Source: Arenicellales bacterium (GTDB lineage Bacteria; Pseudomonadota; Gammaproteobacteria; Arenicellales; JAHEKD01). Taken from it: a stretch of DNA of 64,000 nt. Each line of letters opens with the position of its first letter. Within the stretch, counting starts at the first letter, position 1. Positions 1-8,781 of this stretch are shown in pieces. The stretch spans positions 387,859 to 451,858 of the forward strand of contig OZ242007.1 in the NCBI GenBank assembly GCA_965204695.1, in the 5' to 3' direction. Made by a program: the position numbers and the translations under genes. The notes under the pieces are model-generated. The model made no database searches, was not told the origin of the DNA, and saw nothing but the letters and a program-made list of their open reading frames with translations.

Positions 1-2109
1 TCCAGCCGCAGCAAGTATTTTCCACTGGGTCGGTGTACAATCAAATACATTCACAGCATTGTGGATTAGAAAGTCCCACATTTTAGAACCGTCCAGCCTG
101 ATTTCTTCAGGTACAATCACCAGTGATCTTCCCTGACATATTTGAAAAATTTGCTTTACAGAGGCGTCAAAAGTTATCGGTGCGTTAAGAGCGACCCGGA
201 TATTTGTTTGAGAAAAGTTTTCATATATGCGTTGCTCTAGGGCATATAGCAAATTGATAACATTTAAGTGAGAAACTTCGACTCCTTTGGGTGAGCCAGT
301 ACTGCCTGAGGTATATAGTACATACGCTAAATTGTTAGGCTCGATATCGGTTATTTCACTTATGCCAGTTTGTGGCGTTAATTCATCTAAAGAATCCATG
401 CACAACGCTGTGACTTGCTCAGGGAGCTTGTCTAGAACACATTCTTCAGTGACAACACACGATACATCAGCATCTTGGATTATCGAACTTATTCGATCTT
501 CTGGAAAGTCTGGATCGATCGGGACGTATGCAGCTCCAGATTTGAGAATACCTATTATCGAAATAATCATCTCACAGCTACGCAGCATACATAACCCAAC
601 TTTCGAGTCGGCACCCACTCCATGTTTTCCAAGTTGATGGGCTAAAGCATTTGATTTTGTCTGTAGAGTGCGGAAATTGCAGGAGCTTGTTTTATCAATC
701 AGGACAGTCGCTTCCGGTGTTTTCTCAGCCTGATAAGAAAAAATATTATGCAGACAGTACTCTCGATCAGGCACCAGCGCATGATGAAAATCAAACCTCT
801 GTTTGATTTGTGAGTCAGGAAGATAATTTAGGGCACCAACTGGTTTGTGTCTATTCGAGATTACACCACTGAGCAAAGCCAGATAATATGAAATCATGCA
901 CTGGGCATCTTTTTCACTATACAAGCTCGAACAATAATCGATCTGCCAATGAATCACTGACCCTATGGATAAACAATTAAGTTTTATCCGGAATAAATTC
1001 TCTTTACTGTGCAAACGGGAAGGAATTAAATATTGATCATTGCCACAATCAATATCAGGCCATGAATCAAAATGAAAACCAAACAGACCTTGATCTGAAT
1101 TGCAGCATTCCTCAAGGTTATAGACATTAAGAAGTTGAGGTTGTTTTAATTCGTCAAGTAAACTTGACAATGACTCTAGTGCCTGAGTGAATGTTTCTTT
1201 TCCATCGATAAACATATTCACCGGAAGAATCTTGCAATACGGCCCCAAAGCATGGTCAAGTTGATCAAAAGTCCGGCCGTCGATAAAACGATATATAACG
1301 ATGTTATCTTGCTCTGTTAAATGCCAAAACAATAAATGAAAAACACAATGCAACAAGTCACCAGGACAAACATTATTCTCACTGGCAATAATATTTAGCT
1401 TGTCAGTTAATTGGCTATCAAGCTGACCTGACAGAGAGCAAGTGTCAGCAGAAACACTATAGCTTCCATTCTTCTCATAAGGCAAAAAGATATTGGGTTG
1501 TTTATTCTGGCGGTATCGCTTCCAATAGTCCTTATATTTAGCTACCTCCTCGTCGATCAAAAGCTCTCCTTGCCACTGTGAAAAATCGATGTATTGCGTT
1601 AGTTCAGAGGAAGATGTATTCGAACCATTGTTTTTATAGTTGTCAGCAATAGCCGAGATAAGATCTTTAATCGTAAACCGGTCAATGTTAAAAGCTGGTA
1701 GTGACAGAATCAGTTTGTAGTTATCGTCTAGATCATCTGTTAATTCACAATTGACTAAGGGGCCATGCTCTAGATTAAAATCAGAACAGATCCTGCTTTT
1801 AGATGTGAGTAAATTGCCATTGTTAGATTGAAAGTCAGTACCCTGTTTACGTCCCTGATCAAACATCACTGATGGATCTTCTGATACGACTTGAAGCGGG
1901 AAAACCATCCCCGGAAGAATACAAAAATGTGTTCTTAGTATCTCATGTTCCATACAGGTTTTAACTATTGCTTTCTTTATTTTCTCGGTGGATATATCAG
2001 TTGGCACTTGCATTTCCACAGATACAAATGGCGTTTGTCCCTGAGCTATGAATGTCCAATAATTTTTTTGTTCAATAGAAAGGTTAAATCCTTCAATTTG
2101 CTCTGCCAC
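1..2109 (-). CDS. Non-ribosomal peptide synthetase, N-terminal fragment (C-like domain without His motif, then first half of an adenylation domain); continues beyond the left edge
   Basis: Absent from the ORF track because no stop lies in the window. Reading the minus strand from GTG 2109..2107 stays open to base 1. C1-like LSIEQKNYW, C2-like LRTHFCILPGMVFPLQV, A2 LKSGAAYVPID (546..514), A3 LAYVLYTSGSTGSPKG (330..283), A4 FDAS (171..160). Confidence 0.85.
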   Translation of the reverse strand, partial: MAEQIEGFNLSIEQKNYWTFIAQGQTPFVSVEMQVPTDISTEKIKKAIVKTCMEHEILRTHFCILPGMVFPLQVVSEDPSVMFDQGRKQGTDFQSNNGNLLTSKSRICSDFNLEHGPLVNCELTDDLDDNYKLILSLPAFNIDRFTIKDLISAIADNYKNNGSNTSSSELTQYIDFSQWQGELLIDEEVAKYKDYWKRYRQNKQPNIFLPYEKNGSYSVSADTCSLSGQLDSQLTDKLNIIASENNVCPGDLLHCVFHLLFWHLTEQDNIVIYRFIDGRTFDQLDHALGPYCKILPVNMFIDGKETFTQALESLSSLLDELKQPQLLNVYNLEECCNSDQGLFGFHFDSWPDIDCGNDQYLIPSRLHSKENLFRIKLNCLSIGSVIHWQIDYCSSLYSEKDAQCMISYYLALLSGVISNRHKPVGALNYLPDSQIKQRFDFHHALVPDREYCLHNIFSYQAEKTPEATVLIDKTSSCNFRTLQTKSNALAHQLGKHGVGADSKVGLCMLRSCEMIISIIGILKSGAAYVPIDPDFPEDRISSIIQDADVSCVVTEECVLDKLPEQVTALCMDSLDELTPQTGISEITDIEPNNLAYVLYTSGSTGSPKGVEVSHLNVINLLYALEQRIYENFSQTNIRVALNAPITFDASVKQIFQICQGRSLVIVPEEIRLDGSKMWDFLIHNAVNVFDCTPTQWKILAAAG

Positions 2110-2111
2110 TA

Positions 2112-3227
2112 TCAAATACTCTGTTGATTATCATTAATGATCGGTTGTTCAATAATTGCTTGGCCATTTTGCGGATCTGGATCACCATAAAGATCGGCCA
2201 TAGCCACCAATACTTGCCTACTCCCTTTAAATGGATCACGACCATGCACGCTTAAAAAGTTATCCAGCATCAAAATGTCACCTTGTTGCCATTCAAAACG
2301 CAGGATATTATCGTCATACACTGAACGTATTTCTTCAATAACATCTTCTTCTATCATTGAGCCATCTCCATAAAAGGCGTTTCTCGGAAACTCATTAGGT
2401 TCGAACTGACTTAACAAACTTTCTTGAACCAATGATGGAAGATTACTCATATGAAACATATGCATATGATTAAACCAAAGTTTCTCGGCGGTTTGAGGAT
2501 GAGTGATCATCACCTGGCGTTTTGCACTAGTTCTGAGACGCTCTCCACCACGCCATTCACAAGTCATGCCAAATCGGCTGCAGTAAGCTTCAACTTTCGA
2601 TTTATCCGTGGTTTGGAAGGCCTCTTGCCAAGGAAGATCCACCCCTTCACCATAATTCCTGACATATAGAATTTGTTTATCGATAAAACGCTGCTTTATT
2701 TTTGGATTAATTTTAGAAGTAACTTCTCTTTCACTGGCAATTGGTGTACACCCTCCTTCATCTGCCTGCTCATTACAAAAAAACCAAATCTTCCATGGCC
2801 AACTGCTGGCATAAGACATTTCATGATGCAGTGGTATGGTTTGATCTGCAGGAAATTCTGTTGACGTGTATACCTCTGAAGCAATTTCTTTTCTGGGGGC
2901 TGCCCGTTCTGTATAGTTCAATAAGTTTTCACTATTAGCCAAAGCAAAGTGCCTGAAATTGTCCGCACTGTTAATTGAAAAACCTCGAAATAGAATTGCC
3001 CCTTTTTCTACCAATAATCGATCTACCCATTCCCGATTTGCCATAGCCCAACTGCAGGCATCCAATTCTCTGACAGCTGGTTCTACTATTACACAATAGT
3101 CATGATCATCACTAAAGGGGCGATCTGTAACCATTTTAGTTTGAGACACACTAATGGCTTTTCTGTGTGCCTTGGATGAGCGCACCGGCATAGAAAACTT
3201 ATTTGCATTATCTATCATAATCGTCAT
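2112..3227 (-). CDS. TauD/TfdA-family Fe(II)/2-oxoglutarate dioxygenase, SyrP-like stand-alone amino-acid beta-hydroxylase (paralogue 2)
   Basis: 371-aa ORF. HxE motif in PLHHEMSY, distal His in LSVHGRDPFKGSRQVLVAM, conserved GEGVDLPWQEAFQTTDK. Stop at 2112..2114 lies 2 nt from the GTG of the next NRPS ORF. Confidence 0.8.
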   Translation of the reverse strand: MTIMIDNANKFSMPVRSSKAHRKAISVSQTKMVTDRPFSDDHDYCVIVEPAVRELDACSWAMANREWVDRLLVEKGAILFRGFSINSADNFRHFALANSENLLNYTERAAPRKEIASEVYTSTEFPADQTIPLHHEMSYASSWPWKIWFFCNEQADEGGCTPIASEREVTSKINPKIKQRFIDKQILYVRNYGEGVDLPWQEAFQTTDKSKVEAYCSRFGMTCEWRGGERLRTSAKRQVMITHPQTAEKLWFNHMHMFHMSNLPSLVQESLLSQFEPNEFPRNAFYGDGSMIEEDVIEEIRSVYDDNILRFEWQQGDILMLDNFLSVHGRDPFKGSRQVLVAMADLYGDPDPQNGQAIIEQPIINDNQQSI

Positions 3228-3280
3228 ATCCTAAAAACAGCTGGTTAACCTGGTTTCCCTCAAATTGCTTTATCTGCACC

Positions 3281-4306
3281 TTAAGACACCTCACTCCAGG
3301 AGGTCATTGCTGACATTGCAACGACAACTTTTCTGGAACCGGAGAAAGGTTCGCGGCCGTGCGACATTCGAATATTGTCTACCATTAACACATCTAAAGG
3401 CTTCCACTTCACCGCCATCTTTGCCTGCAGATAAGCTTTTCTCAGGGTATCCAAAACTTCAGGTTCAATTGCACTGCCGTCGCCATAAAAAGTCTGGTTA
3501 GGCAATTCATCATCAGCAAATTGAGCACAAAGCTCAGCCGCAAGACCGGCTGCCAATGTTGAGACATTAAAAAAAGTGGCGTGATTAAACCAAAGTTTCT
3601 CTTTACTCTGTGGATGAATAGCCACGCAATTCCGGATTTGCCGAGTACGTAAACGACTCTGACTTCGCCACTCATAGCTAATGTCATTTGCTTTGCAGTA
3701 TTGTTCTACTGTCGATTTATCTGTTGTTTGAAAAGCCGTCTGCCATGGCAACCCAAGACCTTCTCCAAAATTACGTGAATAGGTGTAACCAAGACGAACG
3801 AATTTACTGACAACCTCATCAGGCAAGTATTGATAAATACGCCTAGTATCAGACAGTGTGGTTTCCCCACCAGTTTCAGCTGACTTTAAACAATGAAAAT
3901 AAATTCTCAGCGGGAAACAAAGGTTATAGGACTGTTCATTGTGTAAAAATATTTCTTCTGAAGCTGGATGAGAAGTTGATGTATATATATGTTCTTGCAC
4001 TGTCTCACGAGGCGATGACCGTTCCTGATAAGAAAGTGCTGGCCCACTGGTAAAGGTGACAAAATTATTAAAATCATCCAGTGAATCAACTTCAAAGCCT
4101 CTGAATAATAACGCGCCATACTCCAATAACCATGTATCTACGATTGATTGATTTGCTTTAGCCCAGGCATCTAATTTTAAACCGGCAACATTAGGGCGAA
4201 TGACCATTGGATAATTTGAGTGATCAAAAAAATCAGTTTGCACTAAATCTTGCTCTGTTACTTTAACTGATTTGCGCTTTGTAAGTTTGAAATCTAAATT
4301 ATTCAT
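3281..4306 (-). CDS. TauD/TfdA-family Fe(II)/2-oxoglutarate dioxygenase, SyrP-like stand-alone beta-hydroxylase (paralogue 1)
   Basis: 341-aa ORF colinear with 2112..3227. FLHNEQSY (HxE), MSHGREPFSGSRKVVVAM, GEGLGLPWQTAFQTTDK. ATG lies 2 nt after the stop of the FAAL-ACP-C gene. Confidence 0.8.
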   Translation of the reverse strand: MNNLDFKLTKRKSVKVTEQDLVQTDFFDHSNYPMVIRPNVAGLKLDAWAKANQSIVDTWLLEYGALLFRGFEVDSLDDFNNFVTFTSGPALSYQERSSPRETVQEHIYTSTSHPASEEIFLHNEQSYNLCFPLRIYFHCLKSAETGGETTLSDTRRIYQYLPDEVVSKFVRLGYTYSRNFGEGLGLPWQTAFQTTDKSTVEQYCKANDISYEWRSQSRLRTRQIRNCVAIHPQSKEKLWFNHATFFNVSTLAAGLAAELCAQFADDELPNQTFYGDGSAIEPEVLDTLRKAYLQAKMAVKWKPLDVLMVDNIRMSHGREPFSGSRKVVVAMSAMTSWSEVS

Positions 4307-4308
4307 AT

Positions 4309-7300
4309 CTATTTTCTGAGTAGTCCATGGTTATGAAATTTACCTTCGGTTTCCGCTGCTGTAACTGTTACAGCTTTTCGCTTTGAACGGTCAAATTGTG
4401 GAGCTGCACCCAAACTGGCAGTCTCAACAGCAGTATTATCAGTTTCGGGTGCAATTCTTAATCTTAGATTATTCAGTCGTGTATCAGGATTGGTAATGAC
4501 AGCTTGAGATAGAAGCTCAAATTCCTGATGTATTGTTTTAATAGCTGTTCTATCAAACAACTGGGCGTTATAAGTCCAGGATGCTTTTAAATTTTGTCCG
4601 ACATCAGACACCCATAAGGAAAGATCATATCGGGATACTGGCGCAGAGCACAATGGATACCTGCTGGCTGTTAACCCTTCAAACACAGCATCAACCCTAG
4701 GTTCATTTTGGGTGCCAAAAGTCACTTGAAACTGTGAGGAATCCATCGATGTCTGGCGAATATTGACTTTCGAGGCTAATAATTCAAATGGAATATCCTG
4801 ATGTGCAAATGCACTAAGACAAGTCTCTTTAACACGCTTCATTAGTTCTTTAAATTTAGGATTTCCCGAGCAGTCTGTTCGCATTGCGATCATATTGATG
4901 AAATTTCCTACAATTTTCTCGCTATCTGCGATATTCCTCCCTAATGTGCCGGTACCTACTGTGATGTCCTTTTCGCCTGTACGTCTGTAAAGCAAAACTT
5001 TTAATATCGTTAATAACAATATATAAATGGTTAGATTTTCTTGTTGGCTCATTTGACGTAAACTGACACAAATTTTCTCGGCAATTACCGCTTCAAATGT
5101 ACCGCCTTGTAAAGGCCTTGATTCAGAATTAATGGAAAAACTCGATAAATCTAATTGAGCTGGCGCAGGTGACAATCTTTTTTTCCAAAACTCTAAAGCC
5201 CCAGACCATTGCCCAGTTGTTTCAGCTTGTCTCTGCCAGAGCGCATAATCTATATATTGGTATGGTAATTTCTTGAGCTTAGGTTGTTTGTTTTGACTCA
5301 AACTTCCGTATATCTCAGTCAATTCTTTTAGTACCAGACCAATTGACCATCCATCTGCAATGATATGGTGAAGGTTAATGTATAAAACATGTCTTGAAGC
5401 AGTGATTCGAAACACTAAAAATCTATACAATGGTCCCTGTGATAAATCGAATGAACGCATAGAGTCCAGTAAACAATAGTGCTTAAGCCAATTATTACGA
5501 ATACTCTCATCTAAAGCTGACAAATCTATCAATGTAACATCAGCATGTTTATTTAGATTTCTCAGTTGTAAAGGCTTACCTTGGTGCTCAACTAACACCG
5601 TATTAAATATCGAATGTCGAGCAACTACTGTCGATATAGCCTGACGAAAATTACTAAGATTTAATTGGCCCTGCAAATCAATTGCAAACGGCAAATTGAA
5701 GGCAATATTTTCAGTGTTAAGTTGATCCGCTAACCATATCCCCAACTGGGCAAAGGACAAAGGAACGGGTGTTTGATCATTTGAGTGATTCGCGTGTGGC
5801 TGTTTTATGGCACTGTAATTCTCATCATTACGCCTCAACATTATTTCTTTGCCAAGACCAACAATACTTAGATCGTCTAAAAAAACCTCCAATCCAATGT
5901 CTACATTAAAAGCTGATATCACATCAGCTCGAAGTGAAGCACAGACTAGTGAATCCATACCCAACGCCACAGGTGACTTTTTAATATCTACTTTTTCTAT
6001 GGGCAAGGAAAGCTTATCTGCGATTAATTTATGCAGTTTTTCCAAGAGCAAGCTATTTTCATCAGCAAAATGGGAGCGCTCTTTGATTTGTGTTGTAGCG
6101 TTCAGATGCTCAATTTGCTGATCGTTTGCTGGGCGGTAACTCTGCACAACCCGTAACTCACCATTTAAAAAAGCTAGCTTGGTCGCACTACGTTGTACCT
6201 TTCCACTCGTGGTTTTGGGTAGTGACCGTCTACGAATCAGTACAATTTGCTCTGGCTTTACGTTGAAAGATTTTAAAACTGCTACATTCATCAATTCCAT
6301 CAACATAGTGAGGTCTAAATCCTTATAGTTGCTGATTTCACTAACAATAATCAAAGATTCTTTTCCTATGTCGGCTGAGCCTGAAGAATTCAGCTGCACA
6401 GAAAAAGCTGCACTGCTTCCAGAGCACAGTGCTGGGTGACAATTTTCAACAGTATGCTCTATATCATTGGGATATAAGTTACGCCCGTTTAAAATGATTA
6501 AGTCCTTCAGTCGACCCGTTACGAAGAGCTCTCCGTCCAGCATAAACCCTAAATCACCTGTACGTAAAAAGGGTCCGCTAGAATAGTCAGCAAGATAAGC
6601 TTCAAAGCAATCCACATCATCATGCTGCCAATATCCCTGTGCAACACTGTCACTTTTAATCCATATTTCACCAACCTGTTTATCTTCACAAGGCATAAAC
6701 TTTTTTACTGACACCACGATTACAGATTGACTGGCCTGTGGTGAGTGACCTGAACTGACTAAGGTGATAGCATCTGCATCACTTATGGGAGCGGCGGCCT
6801 GATCTGCTTGCAGTGCATGAATAGAAAACTCTTTCGGCGCTAACGGTTGATGCTTATTGCGTATAGTCGCCAACAGTGTGGTTTCAGCAAGCCCATAACA
6901 TGGCAAAAAGGCTTGCCTATTGAAACCACAGGTTTCAAAGGTGCTTGAAAATTTTTCTATCGTACTGGCCCGAACAGGTTCCGATCCATTAAATGCGACT
7001 CGCCAAGAACTCAAGTCGAGTAATTTTTTATCCTCATTTTTTATTTTCTCAACACAAAGCCTATAGGAAAAATCAGGCCCGCCGCTTGTTGTAGCTTTAT
7101 ATTTCGAAATCGCTGACAACCATTTATAGGGGCTAGATAAAAAGCATGCCGGGGGCATCAAAACACAATATGCACCTAAATATAATGGCTGTAGAAGATT
7201 GCCAATTAGCCCCATATCGTGAAATAGAGGCAACCAACCCACAACGATATCATCTGCACTGTGGTTAAAACCAATCTGGATCATATTCTGGTTGTGCATA

Positions 7301-7860
7301 ATGTTGCCATGGGTAACTATCACTCCTTTGGGAGCAGCCGTAGAACCTGATGTGTATTGCAAGAATGCAATATCTTGAAGATTTATCTCAGGTTCAGTCC
7401 AAGCATCCGGGTCTGAATCAATTTCATCAACATCGATCCAATCTATCGACTCATTCAACAACGGTCCATGAGACTGCAGATCTCCTATATTGACAGATTG
7501 ACCAGATACCAAGCCAACACGAGCCATACTATTGTTGGCAACAGCCATAAATCTTTGGAAACTACGCGCGCGTTGAGTCCGCGCTGGCGGATAAGAAGGA
7601 ACAGCTATTAGGCCTGCGTATAAGCAAGCCAGAAAAGCAATTAAAAACAAAGGGCCTGATGGAAACAACAACAATACTCTCTCGCCCGGTTTATGCCGTT
7701 GCTGCAAACATACGGCCCATTTCCTTGCATGGTAATCTAACTGACTATAGTTAACTTCCTCCAGTAACAACCCGGATTCATTTAGAAAGGTATAGGCGAT
7801 TTTTTGTCCATTCCTGTCAGCACGATGCTGTAGAAGTGAGACAAAATTATCCATAACCAA
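4309..7860 (-). CDS. NRPS loading protein: fatty-acyl-AMP ligase (FAAL) + carrier domain + condensation domain
   Basis: 1183 aa. FAAL-type AMP-binding core FLQYTSGSTAAPKGVIVTHGN, carrier-domain Ser in ALGMDSLVCASL, intact C3 motif LHHIIADGWS. Confidence 0.9.
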   Translation of the reverse strand: MVMDNFVSLLQHRADRNGQKIAYTFLNESGLLLEEVNYSQLDYHARKWAVCLQQRHKPGERVLLLFPSGPLFLIAFLACLYAGLIAVPSYPPARTQRARSFQRFMAVANNSMARVGLVSGQSVNIGDLQSHGPLLNESIDWIDVDEIDSDPDAWTEPEINLQDIAFLQYTSGSTAAPKGVIVTHGNIMHNQNMIQIGFNHSADDIVVGWLPLFHDMGLIGNLLQPLYLGAYCVLMPPACFLSSPYKWLSAISKYKATTSGGPDFSYRLCVEKIKNEDKKLLDLSSWRVAFNGSEPVRASTIEKFSSTFETCGFNRQAFLPCYGLAETTLLATIRNKHQPLAPKEFSIHALQADQAAAPISDADAITLVSSGHSPQASQSVIVVSVKKFMPCEDKQVGEIWIKSDSVAQGYWQHDDVDCFEAYLADYSSGPFLRTGDLGFMLDGELFVTGRLKDLIILNGRNLYPNDIEHTVENCHPALCSGSSAAFSVQLNSSGSADIGKESLIIVSEISNYKDLDLTMLMELMNVAVLKSFNVKPEQIVLIRRRSLPKTTSGKVQRSATKLAFLNGELRVVQSYRPANDQQIEHLNATTQIKERSHFADENSLLLEKLHKLIADKLSLPIEKVDIKKSPVALGMDSLVCASLRADVISAFNVDIGLEVFLDDLSIVGLGKEIMLRRNDENYSAIKQPHANHSNDQTPVPLSFAQLGIWLADQLNTENIAFNLPFAIDLQGQLNLSNFRQAISTVVARHSIFNTVLVEHQGKPLQLRNLNKHADVTLIDLSALDESIRNNWLKHYCLLDSMRSFDLSQGPLYRFLVFRITASRHVLYINLHHIIADGWSIGLVLKELTEIYGSLSQNKQPKLKKLPYQYIDYALWQRQAETTGQWSGALEFWKKRLSPAPAQLDLSSFSINSESRPLQGGTFEAVIAEKICVSLRQMSQQENLTIYILLLTILKVLLYRRTGEKDITVGTGTLGRNIADSEKIVGNFINMIAMRTDCSGNPKFKELMKRVKETCLSAFAHQDIPFELLASKVNIRQTSMDSSQFQVTFGTQNEPRVDAVFEGLTASRYPLCSAPVSRYDLSLWVSDVGQNLKASWTYNAQLFDRTAIKTIHQEFELLSQAVITNPDTRLNNLRLRIAPETDNTAVETASLGAAPQFDRSKRKAVTVTAAETEGKFHNHGLLRK

Positions 7861-8004
7861 TTCTTGCTTAAGTTTTTAAATTTTATTTAATGTTCTGCAA
7901 TCATAGTTGAGTTAGTAAAATTTGTGAATAAAAATTTTTTTAGACTATCAAGCAGCCGTAAATCATGCATCGATTTGCCTAAAGACAGTAAATTTTGTAT
8001 CTAT

Positions 8005-8020
8005 TACGGTAAGTACCGTA
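8005..8020. promoter_or_regulatory. Perfect 7-bp-arm palindrome TACGGTA-AG-TACCGTA upstream of the NRPS operon (candidate operator)
   Basis: Read directly. Lies about 145-160 nt upstream of the ATG at 7860. No partner regulator identified. Confidence 0.25.
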
Positions 8021-8117
8021 TTAAACGCTCCTTAACTTTAAGGTGAGGAAAGTTAAAAATTCCCGATTGGAAATCGACTGTCAGTGTAAGTATTGCAACT
8101 GCCAGCTTAAGACCATT

Positions 8118-8479
8118 TTATAAAATACCCTTAATGAGTCGCTTATGTTCTATTTCTTGCTCGTAGTGTCCTTGTACAACTTCAGTGTTTCCAATACGTT
8201 GTGTTGTAGACATCGCTTTGATACTTATGGTCGAAATCTTTGTGGGCATTAAATGACAATAAGACAGCGATATTGTCCGCCACGGTGGCAAAATATCGCG
8301 TCCTGTAGTTTGGCACTTCAGAACCAAGTTGTGTCACAACTATCTACTGTCTGTCTGAAATCTTTTTTTTCAACATTTTCGGCGATAGAAGTGAAAGTCG
8401 TTCCATCACTTCTAAGATATTTCTTTGGTTTTTTCAGATAATCCATGTATGCGCTAATTGGATCTTCGTTTCCAGTCAC
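8118..8479 (-). pseudogene. Possible frameshifted remnant of a small gene of unknown family
   Basis: Three consecutive minus-strand reading-frame pieces (..MDYLKKPKKYLRSDGTTF..TTWF* / VPNYRTRYFATVADNIAVLLSFNAHKDF..YWKH* / GNTEVVQGHYEQEIEHKRLIKGIL*) abut each other in different frames. No family recognised. Confidence 0.2.
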
Positions 8480-8572
8480 AACTCGATGAATACCTTCTTA
8501 AAATGGGCACACGGCTTTAATTCACTGCTTACTTGCAACGGAGGTTTTAGCTGACTAAGGTTTGGCTAGACC

Positions 8573-8710
8573 GATCGGGATAGATTCCCCCGGGTAAACC
8601 CGGGGTGCTTACCGTAACAGCCCTTTAGGGCTGATCCGATGAACATCGCACCTTTATAAGGTACGATGTTCAATCTATATACACTCATTCATCCACGTGC
8701 AAGCCCGTGG
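8573..8710. other. Cluster of four consecutive stem-loops (structured intergenic element, unknown class)
   Basis: Hairpins CCCCGGG-TAAA-CCCGGGG (8588..8605), CAGCCC-TTTA-GGGCTG (8618..8633), GAACATCGCACC-TTTATAA-GGTACGATGTTC (8641..8671), CCACG-TGCAAGC-CGTGG (8693..8710). ATCGG (8574..8578) can pair with CCGAT (8636..8640), enclosing the first two. Confidence 0.3.
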
Positions 8711-8737
8711 TATTCTGTCGCTTACGCGAACGCTAAT

Positions 8738-8767
8738 AAAAAAAGCCCAGCAAAGCTGGGCTTTTTT
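8738..8767 (-). terminator. Rho-independent terminator (bidirectional shape) after the alanine symporter gene
   Basis: AAAAAAA-GCCCAGC-AAA-GCTGGGC-TTTTTT, 15 nt beyond the stop at 8782. Confidence 0.8.
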
Positions 8768-8781
8768 GGAATGATTAAAAT

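Noticed and set aside
287-637. 116-aa plus-strand ORF
   Set aside because: It lies antisense to the clearly coding NRPS adenylation domain (A2/A3 motifs on the minus strand). The sequence is low-complexity with no motif.
7889-7907. Possible Fur box (AATGTTCTGCAATCATAGT) upstream of the NRPS operon
   Set aside because: Only about a third of positions agree with the GATAATGATAATCATTATC consensus in any register I tried. This is not enough to claim iron regulation.
8573-8710. tRNA, tmRNA, riboswitch or integron attC interpretation of the hairpin cluster
   Set aside because: There is no cloverleaf or CCA-type end, no conserved riboswitch core that I can recognise, and no integrase or GTTRRRY-bounded cassette structure nearby. 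It is kept only as an unclassified structured element.
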